From the human T2T-CHM13v2.0 reference genome, Homo sapiens: DNA of 64,000 nt. A program made the position numbers and the translations under genes. The stretch lies in NCBI RefSeq assembly GCF_009914755.1, contig NC_060933.1, one strand, 5' to 3'. Positions 27,954 through 44,841 of this stretch are shown here, in pieces. The notes beneath the pieces are model-generated. The model was not told the origin of the DNA. It was given only the letters and a program-made list of their open reading frames with translations, and did not search any database. Every line of letters starts with the position of its first letter. Position 1 is the stretch's first letter.

Positions 27954-28134
27954 CTGGAAAGACAGGCCATTCACTTCTTAGCATATACCAGCTCTGCACC
28001 CACCTTGTAACTTACCCTAAGTCACTTCAACTCTCTGGCTTCCATTTCCTCATCACGTGGGGATGGAAAGAATCCCAAGGTGGTGGTAGACTTAGCCAAG
28101 TGCTTGTCTGATACCTGATCTGATTATCTCAGAG

Positions 28135-28960
28135 GTCCTTCAAACTCAAACTCAAACCCAAACCCGGTGGATGGTCCCTCCAGTGTCTCCCATCTCAGCA
28201 GACGGCAACACCATCCCCTCTACGCATACAGGCCAGAAGGCTGGGAGGCATCTTTGCCATCTCTCTCCCTCTAACCCCCTGAATCCATTCTGTCACTTGG
28301 TCCTGTCCAATGGGACCTCCTATAAAGATCGCAAACTCATCTACTGCTCTGAAGTCTACCACCACTACCTTAGCTCGCGTCCCATCCTCTCATCTGGCTA
28401 ACTGCAGTCAGTAGCCACCTAACCATCTCCTCTATCCTCACCCACATCCCACATCTGAAAACTCATCCATGTCTTCCTGTGGAAGAAAAGCAGAACCTTC
28501 ACTATGGTCCTAAGGTCGCTGCCACCCCGGCCCCATTAGCTCTCCTGATCCATCTCTCTCCATGGCCCCTCAAGCTCCCCCTGCTCCTGCTATGTGCACA
28601 CAACGCTCCTCCCACCATGGGGGCTACGCATGTGCGCATCCCTCTGCCGAGGGATTCTCTCCCCTCCTTGGCCTAGTTAACTCCTATCTGTCCTTCAGGC
28701 GTTCGCTCAACCTCTGCCTCCTCAAGGAAGACTTAGCTCTCCCTGACTAGGTCAAGTTCTCCCTTTTACAGGCCCTCATAGGACTGGCTCCCTCTACTTT
28801 GTAACACTTATCATAGCAGCAGTTTTCCATTTATTTGTGCAGTTGTTTCATTGACATTTGTCTCGCCCACTACACTGCAAGTTCTATGAAGCCAAGGATG
28901 CTCTCTGTTTTGTTCATGATTATATTTGCAGTGCCGGTACCTGACACTATTTGTTGACTA
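28135..28960 (+). mobile_element. L2 fragment
   Basis: tcaaactcaa...tctcccatctcag...ggcaacaccatcc; ends ctatttgttgactaaa. Confidence 0.6.
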
Positions 28961-29097
28961 AACAGAAGGAAGGAGAAAAGGGAGGTGAGTGAGGAAGAGA
29001 GGGAAGGAAGGAGGGAGAGAGGAAGATAAGGTATATAAAGCCCCCAGGAAATAGATAGTTATTGTAATTATTACATAGTGGGTACTCAAGAAATATT

Positions 29098-29220
29098 TAT
29101 CCATCTACCCACCCATCTATCCCGCCATCCTTCCTCCCAACATCCATCCATCTACCCACCCATGCACCCATTCATCACCCACCTGTCCATTCATCCATGC
29201 ATCTAACCACCATCCATGCA
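29098..29220. repeat. (CCAT/TCCA)n degenerate tetranucleotide repeat
   Basis: atccatctacccacccatc...catccatcca. Confidence 0.75.
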
Positions 29221-30290
29221 GTCATTGTTTATGGAGCACCCACTCTGCTCTAGACCCCGTGTTGACCTCAGGGATAAGTCCAAAGTTTCATGAGACATAG
29301 TTTGGGTACCACCAGGCATAGACTCTCTGTTCAGGCAGATGCACCTTTGTCGCACTCTCTGTTCCTCCATGCTCTTTCCCCTACCCTTGATGCCTCTACG
29401 TCTCTTAACCACTTAACATGTCCTTCAGCAAGTTACTCTTGCTTACAGCAGCATACTTGAAGCCCAGGGAGGTTACGTAAGTTGCCAAAGATCACCCAGT
29501 GGTTCCCTGGACCTAGGACCCAGGCCCCAGCCATGCAGGTGAGTTTGCTTCCACCACTAGGGGTCACGTACTAGGGGTGAAGGGGCCTGGGCTTTGGAGC
29601 TAGGGAGCCCTGGGTTCAATCCTGGCTCCTATCACCCCTCACTGGGGCCACGGGCAAGCTGCTGACCTCTCTGGCAATCCATAGTCAAACTTGAGGATAG
29701 TTCCTCCTACCTGACAGAGGGTGGTGAGGAGGGAACAAGAGAGGGCCAGACCCTGCCCAGCCCTGTGCCTGGCACATAGTAAAGGCACAGGACAAGGTAG
29801 CAGCTGTTACATCATAGCAGGGGGTTACCATGTGACCCCAGGAAGAGATGCCTCTGCCCTGTCGACCCAGTGCATCTCAGTCACCATCCCCTGCTGGAGA
29901 GAGAGCTCAGAAATGGCTCCTCAGTGGGCAGTGCCCACTTTGAGCAGATCAGGTGTGTGAAACTTTGAGTAATGGCACAATCCACTACCAGAGGAGGCTT
30001 CTCTACCAACCACACCAGCCTGCGGGAGTCACAGGACCCTAAAACAGGGGCATCTTGCTCATAATCTAAGTGCAATAGTTACCATATATTCAGCTCTTAC
30101 TATTCTCCACGATATGATTCCTCTCATTTTATAGATGGAAAAAGCAAGATTCAGGCAGAAGGAACTTGCTAAGCAAAGCTAGGAATTCAGTCTAAGTTGG
30201 TCTGGATGCAACCAGAACACAGCTATTGTAGAAAACAAGAAATGCCAACGTTCCCATTGCTAATTGGGATTTTAAAAAACCTTAAAAATG

Positions 30291-30649
<359 letters not shown>

Positions 30650-31122
30650 TCAAGTGTGCAAAGATATATTAATGACATTCATCACTGCATTATTTATAAC
30701 AGCAAAATCTAGAAACTACTAAAACGCCCAGCAGTAGGAGACTGGCCAATTAACCATGGAATATCCATGGAAGTCTAGGAATCACTTGTGGGAGAGGATT
30801 TGATGAACTACGAAAATGTTCACATCTATTAAGTTAACCAAAAAGCAGGTTACAAGGAAGCATGTAGAATACTGTTCCTTATTCACATTACATTTGCATA
30901 TCTACACATATGGAAAACAGTGGTTATCAGGGGATGGAGTGGGACAATGAGTAATTTTAAATTTTACCTAATTTTGTGCTTATACTTTCCGGTTGTTCTG
31001 CAATGAATGGTATTATGTATACAATTTAAATCTTTAAAAATTTTTAATTACAGACTTTGTAGAATTTAATTGAAAATGCTGAAGCAGCGTCCACTCCCTT
31101 CCTCCCTGGAAGAATGTGTGAT

Positions 31123-31753
<631 letters not shown>

Positions 31754-31959
31754 TGGGGCTGGCCTGGGCTTCACCTGGGCCACTTCATCTTCAGGAGACA
31801 GAGCTGCTGCCAGGGGCCCCAGAGTCACCGCTGGTTCCTGTCAGCATCGGCCATCCTGCCTGTGCCCTGTCAGGGACACATTCAAGAGAGAACATTAATC
31901 AATCCTGATCCCCTCTTTTATTCGGAACAAGAAGTTACCAGCAGGAACTCTGGAATTAG

Positions 31960-32372
<413 letters not shown>

Positions 32373-32732
32373 CCCTCCAGGGTTTTATAAACTAGATGAG
32401 ACACAGGATGAGGAGCCCAGTGGCCAGTGCACCAACGAACAGGTGTTGAATGCATGCTAGCTAGTGTTACTGCGTACTGGCTCTTCGTGTGGGCATGGGG
32501 CACAGGCCCTGCTCATGGGAGAACTGATGGCCCAGGAGGAAGCAGACGATCACCAGGCAACTACAAATCCAGGTGAGATGTGCTGGAGGAGGCACGGGGG
32601 CTGCCCTGACACAGGCCAGGGAAGTCTGGTGATCCCAGTTTAGAAGCTGGTTCCTCCAAGAATCCTCTCTGACCTCACTGGGGTAAGAATTCAGATTGAG
32701 AGGTGGGGGAGGATGATGAAAAAAGCATTCCA

Positions 32733-33428
<696 letters not shown>

Positions 33429-34712
33429 AAAACGCCTTCCGAGTGAGGAGTGAGGCGAGCTGGGGGCGGGGAGCAAGCCTACCAGGGGCTTTCCTGGACC
33501 TGGGAGTGGTTTCGCCGCCGATGGCTGGGGTATTGAACACAGGGAAAGCCCATCAGAGGTGTGGTTTAAAAGTTCCCCTTGGGCTGCTCTGGGAGAATGA
33601 ACCAGGGAGGCTGGCCACACGGGGGACCCGTCAGGCGGCTGCTGCAGGAACAGGGTAGCCAGAGAAGGGCTCCTCCGCTGCCTTCCCTCAACCCTCTCCT
33701 TCTTTCCCTCTTTCCTTCTCCCTCTCATCTCCTTTTGCCTCTTCCTTCTGACGCTCCTGCTATTTCCCTAAGCGCTTCCTCTATGCCAGCACTGAGCCAG
33801 GCCCAGGAAGTGCAAAGCTGACCCAGAGTGGGCACGGTCCCCCAGGGAGCTCCCTGCCATGGAGGGTTCAGAGAACTGCAGCCCATCAGTGCAGCGGCCC
33901 CCAGAGCAGCTCACACAAAGGCCTTCTTCCACAGATGGGGAAACTGGGATCCAGAGAGGGGAGAGGCCTTGCCTAAAGCCACACAGGGGTCAGGACAAGG
34001 CAGGGGTGAAAGTCAGCCTCCTGGCCCACAGTCTGGGCTTTCTCCCCTGCATGCTGTGTTGAAGGCAGTATGACTCCAGGCCTCCCAGGACAGAAGGTCT
34101 GTGTTTGTCCCTTTATCCTCATGAACACTTGGATCCTGCTTGATTTGTGTGGCTGAGAAAAGTCAGCAGGCAACTATTTTTGGACAGAAAGTTCCCCAGG
34201 GAACAGTGCAGCCCGGGAAAGGCTGACTTCTCAAGGGCTGGAGGAGGGAGGTGCAGGGAATACCATTCTTCCCTCCTTGGCTGCGACTCCTGCTCTGTGG
34301 ATGGGTGTTCGGGGCTTCTATCCTCTGTCCCCGCCCAGTCTTCCTCTCTACCCCCAAATGCAGAGCCCTACAATTTCCTCCAGATCACCCTGTGTATTGT
34401 CCTCCAGCCCCACAGTCCCTACCACATGTGAAGAGCCCACTCGGCGCCAGCCTGGGTTGAAGCTTTACTTTTAAATTCTCAATCTGCCCTCCTACAAACA
34501 TGAGGGTAGAATTTGGCTAAGATCACCCAGCTACTTCCTGCCACAGCAAGATTTGCAACTGTCAATTCTGGCCTAGTGGTACCCCAATATTTTTTTAATC
34601 ACACAATCCATCAGTAAAAATATATTTGCTCGAACACATCACGCTAATATATTACATGTATTGGAAAGAGTATTTTCAAAAGTGATCTTCTAAAAAGATG
34701 CAATCGAAAATG

Positions 34713-34852
34713 GGCCAGGTACAGCGGCTCACACCTGCAATCCCAGCACTTTGGGAGGCCGAGGTGGGCAGATCACTTGAGCTCAGGAGTTTGAGACCAG
34801 CTTGGGCAACGTGGCAAAAGCCTGTCTCTACTAAAAATAAAAAGGAAAAAGA
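34713..34852 (+). mobile_element. Alu left monomer (FLAM-like)
   Basis: Single arm with A-rich tail. Confidence 0.8.
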
Positions 34853-34861
34853 AAATATATA

Positions 34862-35281
34862 CAGGTGACCCTTAATGACAGTTTGAACCACACAGGTCTA
34901 CCTATATGTGAATTTTCTTCTGCCTCTGCCACCCCTAAGACAGTAGATCAATCTCCCCCTTAACTCCTCCTCCTCAATGTGAAGATGACAAGGATGTAGG
35001 CCTTTATGATGATCCACTTCCACTTAATGAAAGTAAGTAGATTTTCTCTTCCTTATGATTTCCTTAATAACATTTTCTTTTCTCTGGCTTACTTTATTGT
35101 AAGAAAACAGTACATAATACATATAAGACAGAAAATATGCATTAACCAACTGTTTATGTTATCAGCAAAGCTTCCAGTCAATAGCAGGCTATTGATAAAG
35201 TTTTGGGGGAGTTAAAAGTTATAAGCAGATTTTTGACTGCATGAGGCACTCCTAACCCCTGTATTATTCAAGGATCAACTG
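34862..35281. mobile_element. Tigger2a-like non-autonomous DNA transposon
   Basis: TIRs caggtgacccttaa / ttcaaggatcaactg with TA target duplications. Confidence 0.8.
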
Positions 35282-35283
35282 TA

Positions 35284-35577
35284 TTTTATTTTATTGAGAC
35301 AGGGTCTCACTGTTACCCAGGCTGGAGTACAATGGCAATCAGAGCTCACTGTAGCCTTGACCACCTGGGCTCAAGCGATCCTCCCACCTCGGCCTCCTGA
35401 GTAGCTAAGACCACAGGTATGCGCCACCATGCCTGGCTAATTTTAAAAATTTTTTTTTGTCGAGATGGGGTTTTGCCACGTTGCCCAGGCTGGTTTTGAA
35501 CTCCTTGTTTCAAATGATCCTCCTGCCTCGGCCTCCCTATGTGCTGGGATTACAAGCATGAGCCACCCACCCAGCTG
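35284..35577 (-). mobile_element. Alu (AluJ-like)
   Basis: Reverse Alu. Confidence 0.88.
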
Positions 35578-38283
35578 GTCAACTATATTTTAAATAGAAG
35601 CTCTAATCCTTGCTTCTCATACCTTCTGCAGGGCCTGTACCCTTCTTGGAAATCCCTGCCAGGGATCTTAAGCTTCAGTGTGCTTAAGAATCCTCTAAGC
35701 GTGCAGTTTCCTGAAACAACCTGCAGAGAGCCTGACTCAGTGGCCCTGGGATAGGGCCCAGGAATCTGCATTTTAAACCAGGGCCTCAGGCAGGGCCTGC
35801 CCTTTGAAGTTCACTAGGCCTCCTGGCTCCTGCTGTTATGGCAGGTGGAGAAGAGGCTACAATTTAGCTGTTGCTTTTCTGATTCTGAAGCCTCTGCTGA
35901 GGAAGGGGCCGGGGGAGGTGTGCGGTTTTTTGACTTTTTAAAGGGCTTTTTTTCTAGCTCTGCCACAGAGCAGCCTGCCCAATCACAGAGCCCTCTGGGT
36001 GCACAAAGAGGAACATCCTGTCTTCTGGGATGACTCAGTCGTGGCAGAAATCTCACTGTAACCAGGGGAAGGTGCACGTCAGAGGCAGCTGCAGTGACTG
36101 ACTAGAGTTTCGCACTTGCCCCCAGGCGCCTAAACCAGTGAGCCTTTCCTGAGCCAGGCCTCTGCCTTCCATGCGAGCCATGGCCCTCCTCACCACAAAG
36201 CCCCAGAACTGGCCAGTCAGCTAGTCAGTCAACAAACACACGTTAGTGCCAACTACCTGCCAACCTCAGGCTGGGACGATGCTGTGATAGAGAAGCAGGC
36301 TGGGCATCAGGAGACAGGTGCTAGTCCTGGCTGCTGTTACTCACTGTGTATAGCTGGGCTTGCATTTTCCTCACTGTAAAATAGAGAAAGTACCACCTGC
36401 TCTTGATATCGCAAGGGGATATCACCCTGCTAGGGTGGGTTGGGAGGCAGGGTATGGGACTCAAAGAGCTCTGAAGTCCCTGATTGACTCAGCTTCTAAG
36501 GGCAACAGCCTCAGAACTGTTAACCTCTCTCCTCCTCCCTGAGGTCACATTTCAAAGTACAAAGATACATACTTAGCACCCAGTGGGCGCAAATTAACTT
36601 TTTAAAAAAGCCCTATGACTTCCTACTATATACCAGGCGCTACGTAAGATGCAAAGAATATAGAAAAGAGTAAAAGTGTTCCAAGATTTTAAACGGTGGG
36701 GGGTAGTACAATACAGAAGTGTTACCAAAGGAAGCTTTAAGGTGGGCTTGAGAAACAATGAGGATTTGGGGGAGAAGACTGGGGAGGGCATTCCAGGCAG
36801 CGGGAACAGCACGGAGGCAAAGGCACGTAGGTCTGAAAGTATGGCCTGACCTTGAAGGAGAGCTATGGGCAGGTGTCCCTGCATGCCAGATAAAGGCAGA
36901 GTTGTTCCAGCCAGCCCTCGTTAGGGCAGCAGGGCTGCTCCTAAAAGGCAGTGAGTGGGGTTTGGTGAAGACTCCAGCAGTGTGAGCTGGGGAGGGCTAT
37001 GGAGTTCAGGGTCCCCGCCATCCCTGGAGAAACTGGCCCCACAAGGAAGTAGCAGCCACTGCACCCTCCTTCTGCACATCTCCTTCTTACACCCAAGCCG
37101 CCACTGCCCCTGCTCTCTCAAGGGTCTAACAGACCCCTGAGGTGTCTATCTTCAGTTCCTGGGTGGGATGGACTCTTCTTCCCCACCACCCACACAGGGC
37201 TTCTCCGCCCGCTCAGTCATTCCACAGCCAGGGACCCTTCCCTTTATGGCTCAATCCCTCAGAACTGCCCAGACGCCCAGGCTCTCCTTTGCCAGCACAG
37301 CTACGCAGCCCGCACAGCCTCCCCGTGCCCTCTGCAGCCCCTTCCCATCCAGCCAGAGCTGGCCAGGGTGCCACCCTGCTTCTACCCCCACCCACACCCT
37401 GACACCTCCCAGATGAAGACACTGAGGCACAGAGACATGGCCTGCTCTCACAAGACCTCACAGCCAGGAAGCGCAGACAGAGGATTCAAAGCTGGGGTAC
37501 CGCAACTCTGAAACCAAGGCTGTCAGATGTGTCAGGGAGATGGGGAAGGAAGACCACCCCTCAAATCAGTAACCAGACCTTCCAAAAAGGCTCAACCATA
37601 CCCCCACCCACCTGCTGGCAGGGCACAGACTTGCTGTTCTCAAGGGGTTCCCACCAGCTGTGTGGACTCTAGTCCCACAAGGAAGCACCAGCCACTCCCT
37701 CTCTGTGTCCTCCCTGCCCCCAGCCCGCTCCAGCAGCAGAGGCCGAGGAGAAAGAGAAACGGTGCCCTGGCTGTTGCCAGCTCTGGTCTTGCCATCCTCA
37801 AGAGCTGAGCTGGGTCTGCTGGTCCTCGGACTGTCCTTGGCTCCTCTCCTTGCTCTTACGCAGCTGGCATAAGGGGCCACTCCTTCAATAGGGACCACCC
37901 CCCGGCGCCGTCGCTGCCTCCTGGCCTGCTGCCCATGCCTGCATCGTCTCTGAGACCCCTTAGCAACCAAGGACACTAACTCTCCAGGTGCAGACGACGA
38001 CACCCCAGGCACAGAGATGGACCCGCCTACCCAAGTTCACAAGAGATCAGAATCAGAGCTAGGACTGGAATCTAGCATCCTGAGGCTTGACGAAATCCTC
38101 CTTAAATCCACCCTTGCCCTGGAGGCCGGGATCCCCTAAGCCAAGAGAAAAGCGGTGCAGCTCCAGCAGCTGCAACTTCCTGGCTGGGCTGGTCCGGCTG
38201 CCTGGACTGTCCCGGAGAGTCTGTGACTGGCCCGTCCAGAAGGAAAGCGGCCTCCCGGGCCCTCCTCCGTTCCAATCCCTTAC

Positions 38284-38400
38284 CTCTCTCGGGCTCCACC
38301 ACCGTCCTGCCGACCCAGTTTCAGGGGACCTGCCTGTGAATTCTTTGTTCCAAACCCAGGGAGCCCCCTGTCTCCATTGCGCCCTGGCCCACCTCCAGGC
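38284..38400 (-). other. AKNA: AKNA non-coding first exon, proximal promoter (5' end approximate)
   Basis: Strong donor GAG|gtaagg at 38284 in a locally CpG-enriched, repeat-free patch; ETS-type CAGGAAG at about 38490; distance to exon 2 fits the recalled gene structure. Confidence 0.65.
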
Positions 38401-41400
38401 CGTTCTGCCAGCCCAAGCTGCTGCTCACAGACCAGCATCGCTCCCCACCTCTCCCCGCCCCTGCCGTGGTTGAGGCCGCCTCGCCTCGGCAGGAAGCGCC
38501 CAGCCTGATTTCCTACAAGTGTTTGTCAGAAGGAGGGGGTTTGTCTGCGTGCAGAGCAAGAGCTGGAGGAGCTTAACCCCTTGCAAGCCCTCCGCAGTCA
38601 GCGCTGCCCAGGAAAGGACTCAGGGAACAAACTCCTGACGTCCTGGGCTTGGGATCATCTCAGCCCAGGCCCTGCAGGTACAGATGGGGAGACTAAAGCA
38701 CAGAGAAGGTCAGAGGCTTGGCCAAGGTCACACAGCATGCTGTAGCTCCTACCCTCTAGGCCCTCTTCAACCACGGCCTGACCTTAGCCGAGGCTCCTTC
38801 CCTCACTAGGCCTCAGGGCCCATGTGCACGGTGAGAGCTCAGACTCAACACCACTCCTGCCCTTCCAGCTCTGACTCTGCCAATGTGCAACCTGAATCTC
38901 AGGGAGACCGTGGTGATTCCTGCCATCTCAACCCACCGTCCTCACCCCGAGGTGGTCCTGCAGCCAGAGTGGGATGTTCGGGGCAGCATGGAGGTGTGAA
39001 CCTGGCGGATCAGGTAAACTTTCCCTTGTTGTAAGAACCCTCCAAGGGTTCACCAGATGTTGGGAACAGATCGATCCTGATGGTCAGTCGAGCTGTCTTT
39101 CCTCAAGCCCCACCATCCCATTCCTTCATTCGTAGGTACTCACTGAGCTCCTACTGTGTGGCGGGTGCTTTTAAATCACCTGGGAATATGGCAGGGCCCA
39201 AGACAGGCCAGTCCCCTGCTCTCCACTCTAGCAGAGACATGGACAATAAGCAAGCACATGTATAATTTCAAGGAGAGAGCTGTGAACAATGAGACTGGGT
39301 GACGATCCGTGTCCCAGGCCAGGTGGCACTGAAGCCTGGGGCTCACCCCAGGCCAACAGAGTCAGTCTCTGGGCATCAGACATTTTAAGTGTCCCAGGTG
39401 ACTGGCCCTGGTAGAGAACACATGGGGCCAAGAGTAATGGGTTGGAGGAGAAGGGTTATAGGACGGTCAGGAAGGTCTCTATGAGGAGGTGACATTCAAA
39501 TAAGGCACTGGAAGGAAGAGGGGTCAAAAGCAAGCCACAAGAAGGTTTGGGGCAGAGTGTTCTGGGAGGGCAAGTGGAAAGGCCAAGGTGGGGGAGCCAG
39601 CGGGCTTTCCCTGAGAACAGCAAGGCCTGTGTACCCGGGGCAGAGCGAGTCAAGCGGGAGAAGCAGGAGCTTCACAGAAAAGGGGGCACAGGAGCACAAG
39701 AGGCTCCCAACACTGGCCCCACCCAGGACCCAGAGACTCTGAGTCAGGAAACAAAAAGAAAGAGGAAAAAAAACAGGCCTCTGTATTGTCCAAAAAGCCC
39801 TCCAGGTAATTCTGATAAGCAGCCAGATTTGGGAACCACCCATGTAGGAGAGAAAAAAATCTCAGAGTCACTGTGGACCTGGGTTCAAATCCCAGCCCCA
39901 TCTCCTGCTGGCCCTGACCTTTGAAGCTTCACGTCTCTAAGCCTCAGTTTCTTCATCTGTAAAACAGGGATAAGAAGAGTAGCCACCCCACAGGGGCTGC
40001 TATAAAGATTCAATGACATGATGCCTACCAAGGGTAGAGCGGGGGAGCCAGAACACAGTCATGTATTGAGCTATTTTATTATTGCTACTACAACTATTGC
40101 TGCTACTTAGGTATAAGTCTCTGGTCTCCTCTAAAGGCTAGATCTTAATATCTTTCCTGAAGCCTGGCACACTGTTTATGGCTGATGAATGTGTTCTGTG
40201 AATGAATGAATGAATGAATGAGTGGACGTTCCCAAGGTCAGCTTGTGAATATCTGGCGTAGCCAGGGCTAGAACCAGGAGCCCTCATCCTGGTAATCGCC
40301 CACCCCTCTATCCCCTTTCCTGCCTTTTACCCACATCTGGGTGGCAGGGCTCTCCCTGTAGCCCCCAGCCCCACATGGAGCAGAGCCAAACCCTAATGAG
40401 GCCCCTCCCTATCAGCTCTGGAGGCCATGTGTGCCATTGTGCAAGAGGCGGGCTCCCCTGACACCCTGTCACTCACTCACCCTCCCTCCCTGGTCATTAA
40501 CCCAGGCAGCATTAACCCAGGTGGCTGCCATTGCTGGGCATAGCCTGTGGCCCCTGGATAACCCCAAACCCATCTCAGGGGCAGCCACCTAACACCAAGG
40601 AGAACCGCCTGCAGTGCAGTCTGTTCCATTTCCTTGCACCCCCAAGCATGACCAACCCTCCTCCCTGCCTTTGCTCATGCACTGCCCCCTCTTGGATCAC
40701 TGTCCCCACCCACAGGCCAAATTCTACCAAACCGAAGCAGCATGTCTAAGACTGAGCTCCTAGTATTGCCACCCTCCAAACCCACCCCTCCTTAGTTTGG
40801 CCCATCTTTCACCCAGGTACACACTGAGAATCAACTGTGACCCTGGACACTTCCTTTTCCCTTACATCCCATAACCAATCCATCGTCAACTCCCAGTGAT
40901 TTCATTTCCTAAATTTCACCAGAATCTGTCCCCGTTTCTGCATCCCCACGTGGGTCCCTGGATCGGCCTTGCCTGGAAAGCTCTAGGGTCCACTAATCTG
41001 TTCCCCACACTGCACCGATGTGGTCTTCCAAGATAAAAGTTCCAAACAAGACCCTTCCATGCTTCAGACGCACAGCTAGCTACTATGGCTCTGAGAAAGA
41101 AGATGAAACTCCACAAGCTGGCCGCTGCTGCAGCCTCTTCTCCCACCACCCTCTCTGCCCTTGCTCAGCATGCTCCTGCCATACAGGCCTCCTTGCTTTT
41201 CCTGGGACAGATGTGTCCTGCTCCTCCCCTCACCCAGTCCCACTTCTTTTCCCTGTTAACTTCTAGGCAACCTCCAGATGTCAGCTCCAGCGTGCCCTCC
41301 TTGGGGACTCCCCATTTGGAACTATATTTCATATGTGATTATTTGATTAACATCTGTCTCTTCACTCAGTTGGGAGCTCTGTGAGGCTCTCATCATCATA

Positions 41401-41953
41401 TCCCCAGGACCCAGCACACAGGCCCTGATATACAATAGAAATACAATAAATATATCCTGGATGATCCACTCAACCTAGCTACTTGCCCAAGCCTGACTCA
41501 TAGCCCTCATAACAACCCAATGAGGCTGATGTGACAACCCCATTTCACAGTTGGGTAAACAGAGGCCCCTAGAGCCCAAGCAGCTTGCCCAAGGTCACAA
41601 AGGTGATGAGCTGCAGTAGAGTTTCAAACACACAAAGACCTGGCTTCTAATAACCAAGCTTGGTGCTCACAACATTGCAGCCCGCAGAGATAATTAATAC
41701 CTGTGCACAATAAAATCGAGAGTGGAGCTTCTTACCAACTAATTGCAATTCACAAAGCCAATGTTCCAATTTTATAGTGAGGCCCTGGTTCCACACAGAG
41801 CCTTTTGGTTTCCCAAAATGCTTTCTTCTCCTTTATAGCACTAGATGCTCAAGAACAGAACGTTTAAGTGGGGAGAACACGAGTATTATTCCATTGTATA
41901 GGTGAGGACACTGAGGCCCAGAGAAGAGAAGAGAAGAGATTCGTTCCTGGTCA

Positions 41954-42330
<377 letters not shown>

Positions 42331-42429
42331 TTACTCCTACTGCCAGGGCTTGATGACTTTCACCCTTTTACCAGCAACAGTCATGTGCATGGCTGTGTCT
42401 GCAGAACCCTGCCAGCCCTTCCCACGAGC

Positions 42430-42555
42430 CTGAGGCACAAGAATCACTTGAACCTGGGAGGCGGAGGTTGCAGTGAACCGAGATCATGTCACTGCGCTCC
42501 AGCCTGGGCAACAGAGTAAGACGCTTGTCAAAAAAAAAAAAAAAAAAAAAAAAAA
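42430..42555 (+). mobile_element. Alu right-arm fragment (5'-truncated)
   Basis: tgaggcacaagaatcacttgaacc...long A-tail. Confidence 0.85.
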
Positions 42556-43643
42556 TCCACAGGGAGTCTGAGGGAAAGAGGAGGCAGGTGAGGATTTCCA
42601 GAGTGAACCAAGAAGAAATGATGAAGCCTGGCTAGGGAAGTAGAGAACCAAGTTCCAGCCTGAGTGACCAGGAATAAGCACCTTCCTTTCTCTGAGCTTT
42701 GGAACCTGCGGCTTAATGAGATTGTCTCTGAGGTTATCAGAGATTATCTTCTAATGCTAAACCTCCTGGATTCTTTATTCCATTTGCCCACCCAGGCAGA
42801 AATGCCATGCAGACAGGAGGCTGCAGAGCACAGGTGTTAAGGCACATGGGCTTTGTGGGCAAACAGAGAACTCCATGTTCTCCCTTGGAAGCTGTGTGGC
42901 CTTGGGCAAGCTGCTTAACCTCTCTGAATCCCAGATTCCACATCTGTAACATGGACCAATAATTATTTTACTGGGTTCTTGGGATGACGGATGAGACTAT
43001 GTGCCAAAAGTTCTTGGCCCCAGTGCCCAGCTGGCACAGAATGACTGTTCACAAATAAATGGCCTTGCCTTTTCCGTGAAACGCCCTACAACCTGCTCCC
43101 TGCAGGACTGAGTTTAATTTTCCTCATCCACAGCTTCCACAATATCAACCCCAGGTCTAGCGATGAGTCCTGGACACAAAAAGGGAGAAGCAGTTTTCCC
43201 AAGTGGAGGGAGGTGCTGACATTTCCCTGTGACCCTCTTCCCTGCGACCCTTAAACCAGTTCCAGGGCTCACTGACCCAGCTAGAAACTCTGTCCTCACT
43301 CTGAGTAGTTAAGGAGCAGAACAAACAGCCCCTTCTCAGCCAACTGAGATAAGGGTTATGAGGAGGGTGTGGCCATATTGAGGAAAACACATACATAAAT
43401 TCAAATTCATGCTCTTTTCAAAGAGTCAAACAAACCGTGCACGTGCCAGGAAGGGACTGCTAACAGCAAAACTATACTGAACACCTATTATGTGTCAAAT
43501 ACCTTATAAAAGCCTTTCCATGGACTCAGATCTCATTATTTAATCCTCATACTAATCCAAGGAGGGAAAAATTATGATGCCCATTTTATTTTATAGGTGA
43601 GGAAGCTGGTTTGAACCAAGCTGTTTGAATCTGGACAGTATAA

Positions 43644-43955
<312 letters not shown>

Positions 43956-44320
43956 CTGGACAGTGTGATCTTAATCACTTTGCAACTGAAACTTGCAATA
44001 GGTAAAATGGTTGGAAACAATAGCAGTGTCCCGTAACAGGTGATCATTGAAAGAAATTGTGATAGTTCCACTCAAAGGAATAATATTAGCTGCCGTTAAC
44101 AGTCATGCTATTGAAGAATATCAAATAATGTAAAAATTTTGTTATGTTAAGTGGACAAGCCAGTTATAAAATAATATATATCTAGTTTGAGTCCACTTAA
44201 AAAAAAAACAGTAAAATATGGAGGAAGAGGAGGAGGAAGAAAGGAAGGAGACAGGATAGGAAAAAGAAAGAGAGAGAAAGCAAAAGAAAGAGAAAGACAT
44301 GCTTTAAAATGTTTACAACA

Positions 44321-44619
<299 letters not shown>

Positions 44620-44787
44620 GTTTACAATCATTATCACTAGGTAGTAGAATTATAGGCAAGTTTTTTTGATAGGGAAGTTTACCATTTTTCCTTTTGGGTA
44701 TTTTTCAAATATAACAGTTGCTTTAAAAATAAGAATGAAATGAACACGTACTATTCTTAAAAACAAAACAAACGAATACCACCTCAC

Positions 44788-44841
44788 CTCTGTGTGGTGC
44801 TTCCTTCTGACCTTGGGCACCTCCGTCTTCAGTTGCCCCTC
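44788..44841 (-). other. AKNA: Candidate AKNA 54-nt non-coding 5' UTR exon
   Basis: Acceptor catttcgcctttcacag|GAGG and donor CAGAG|gtgagg; no AUG inside. Confidence 0.6.
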
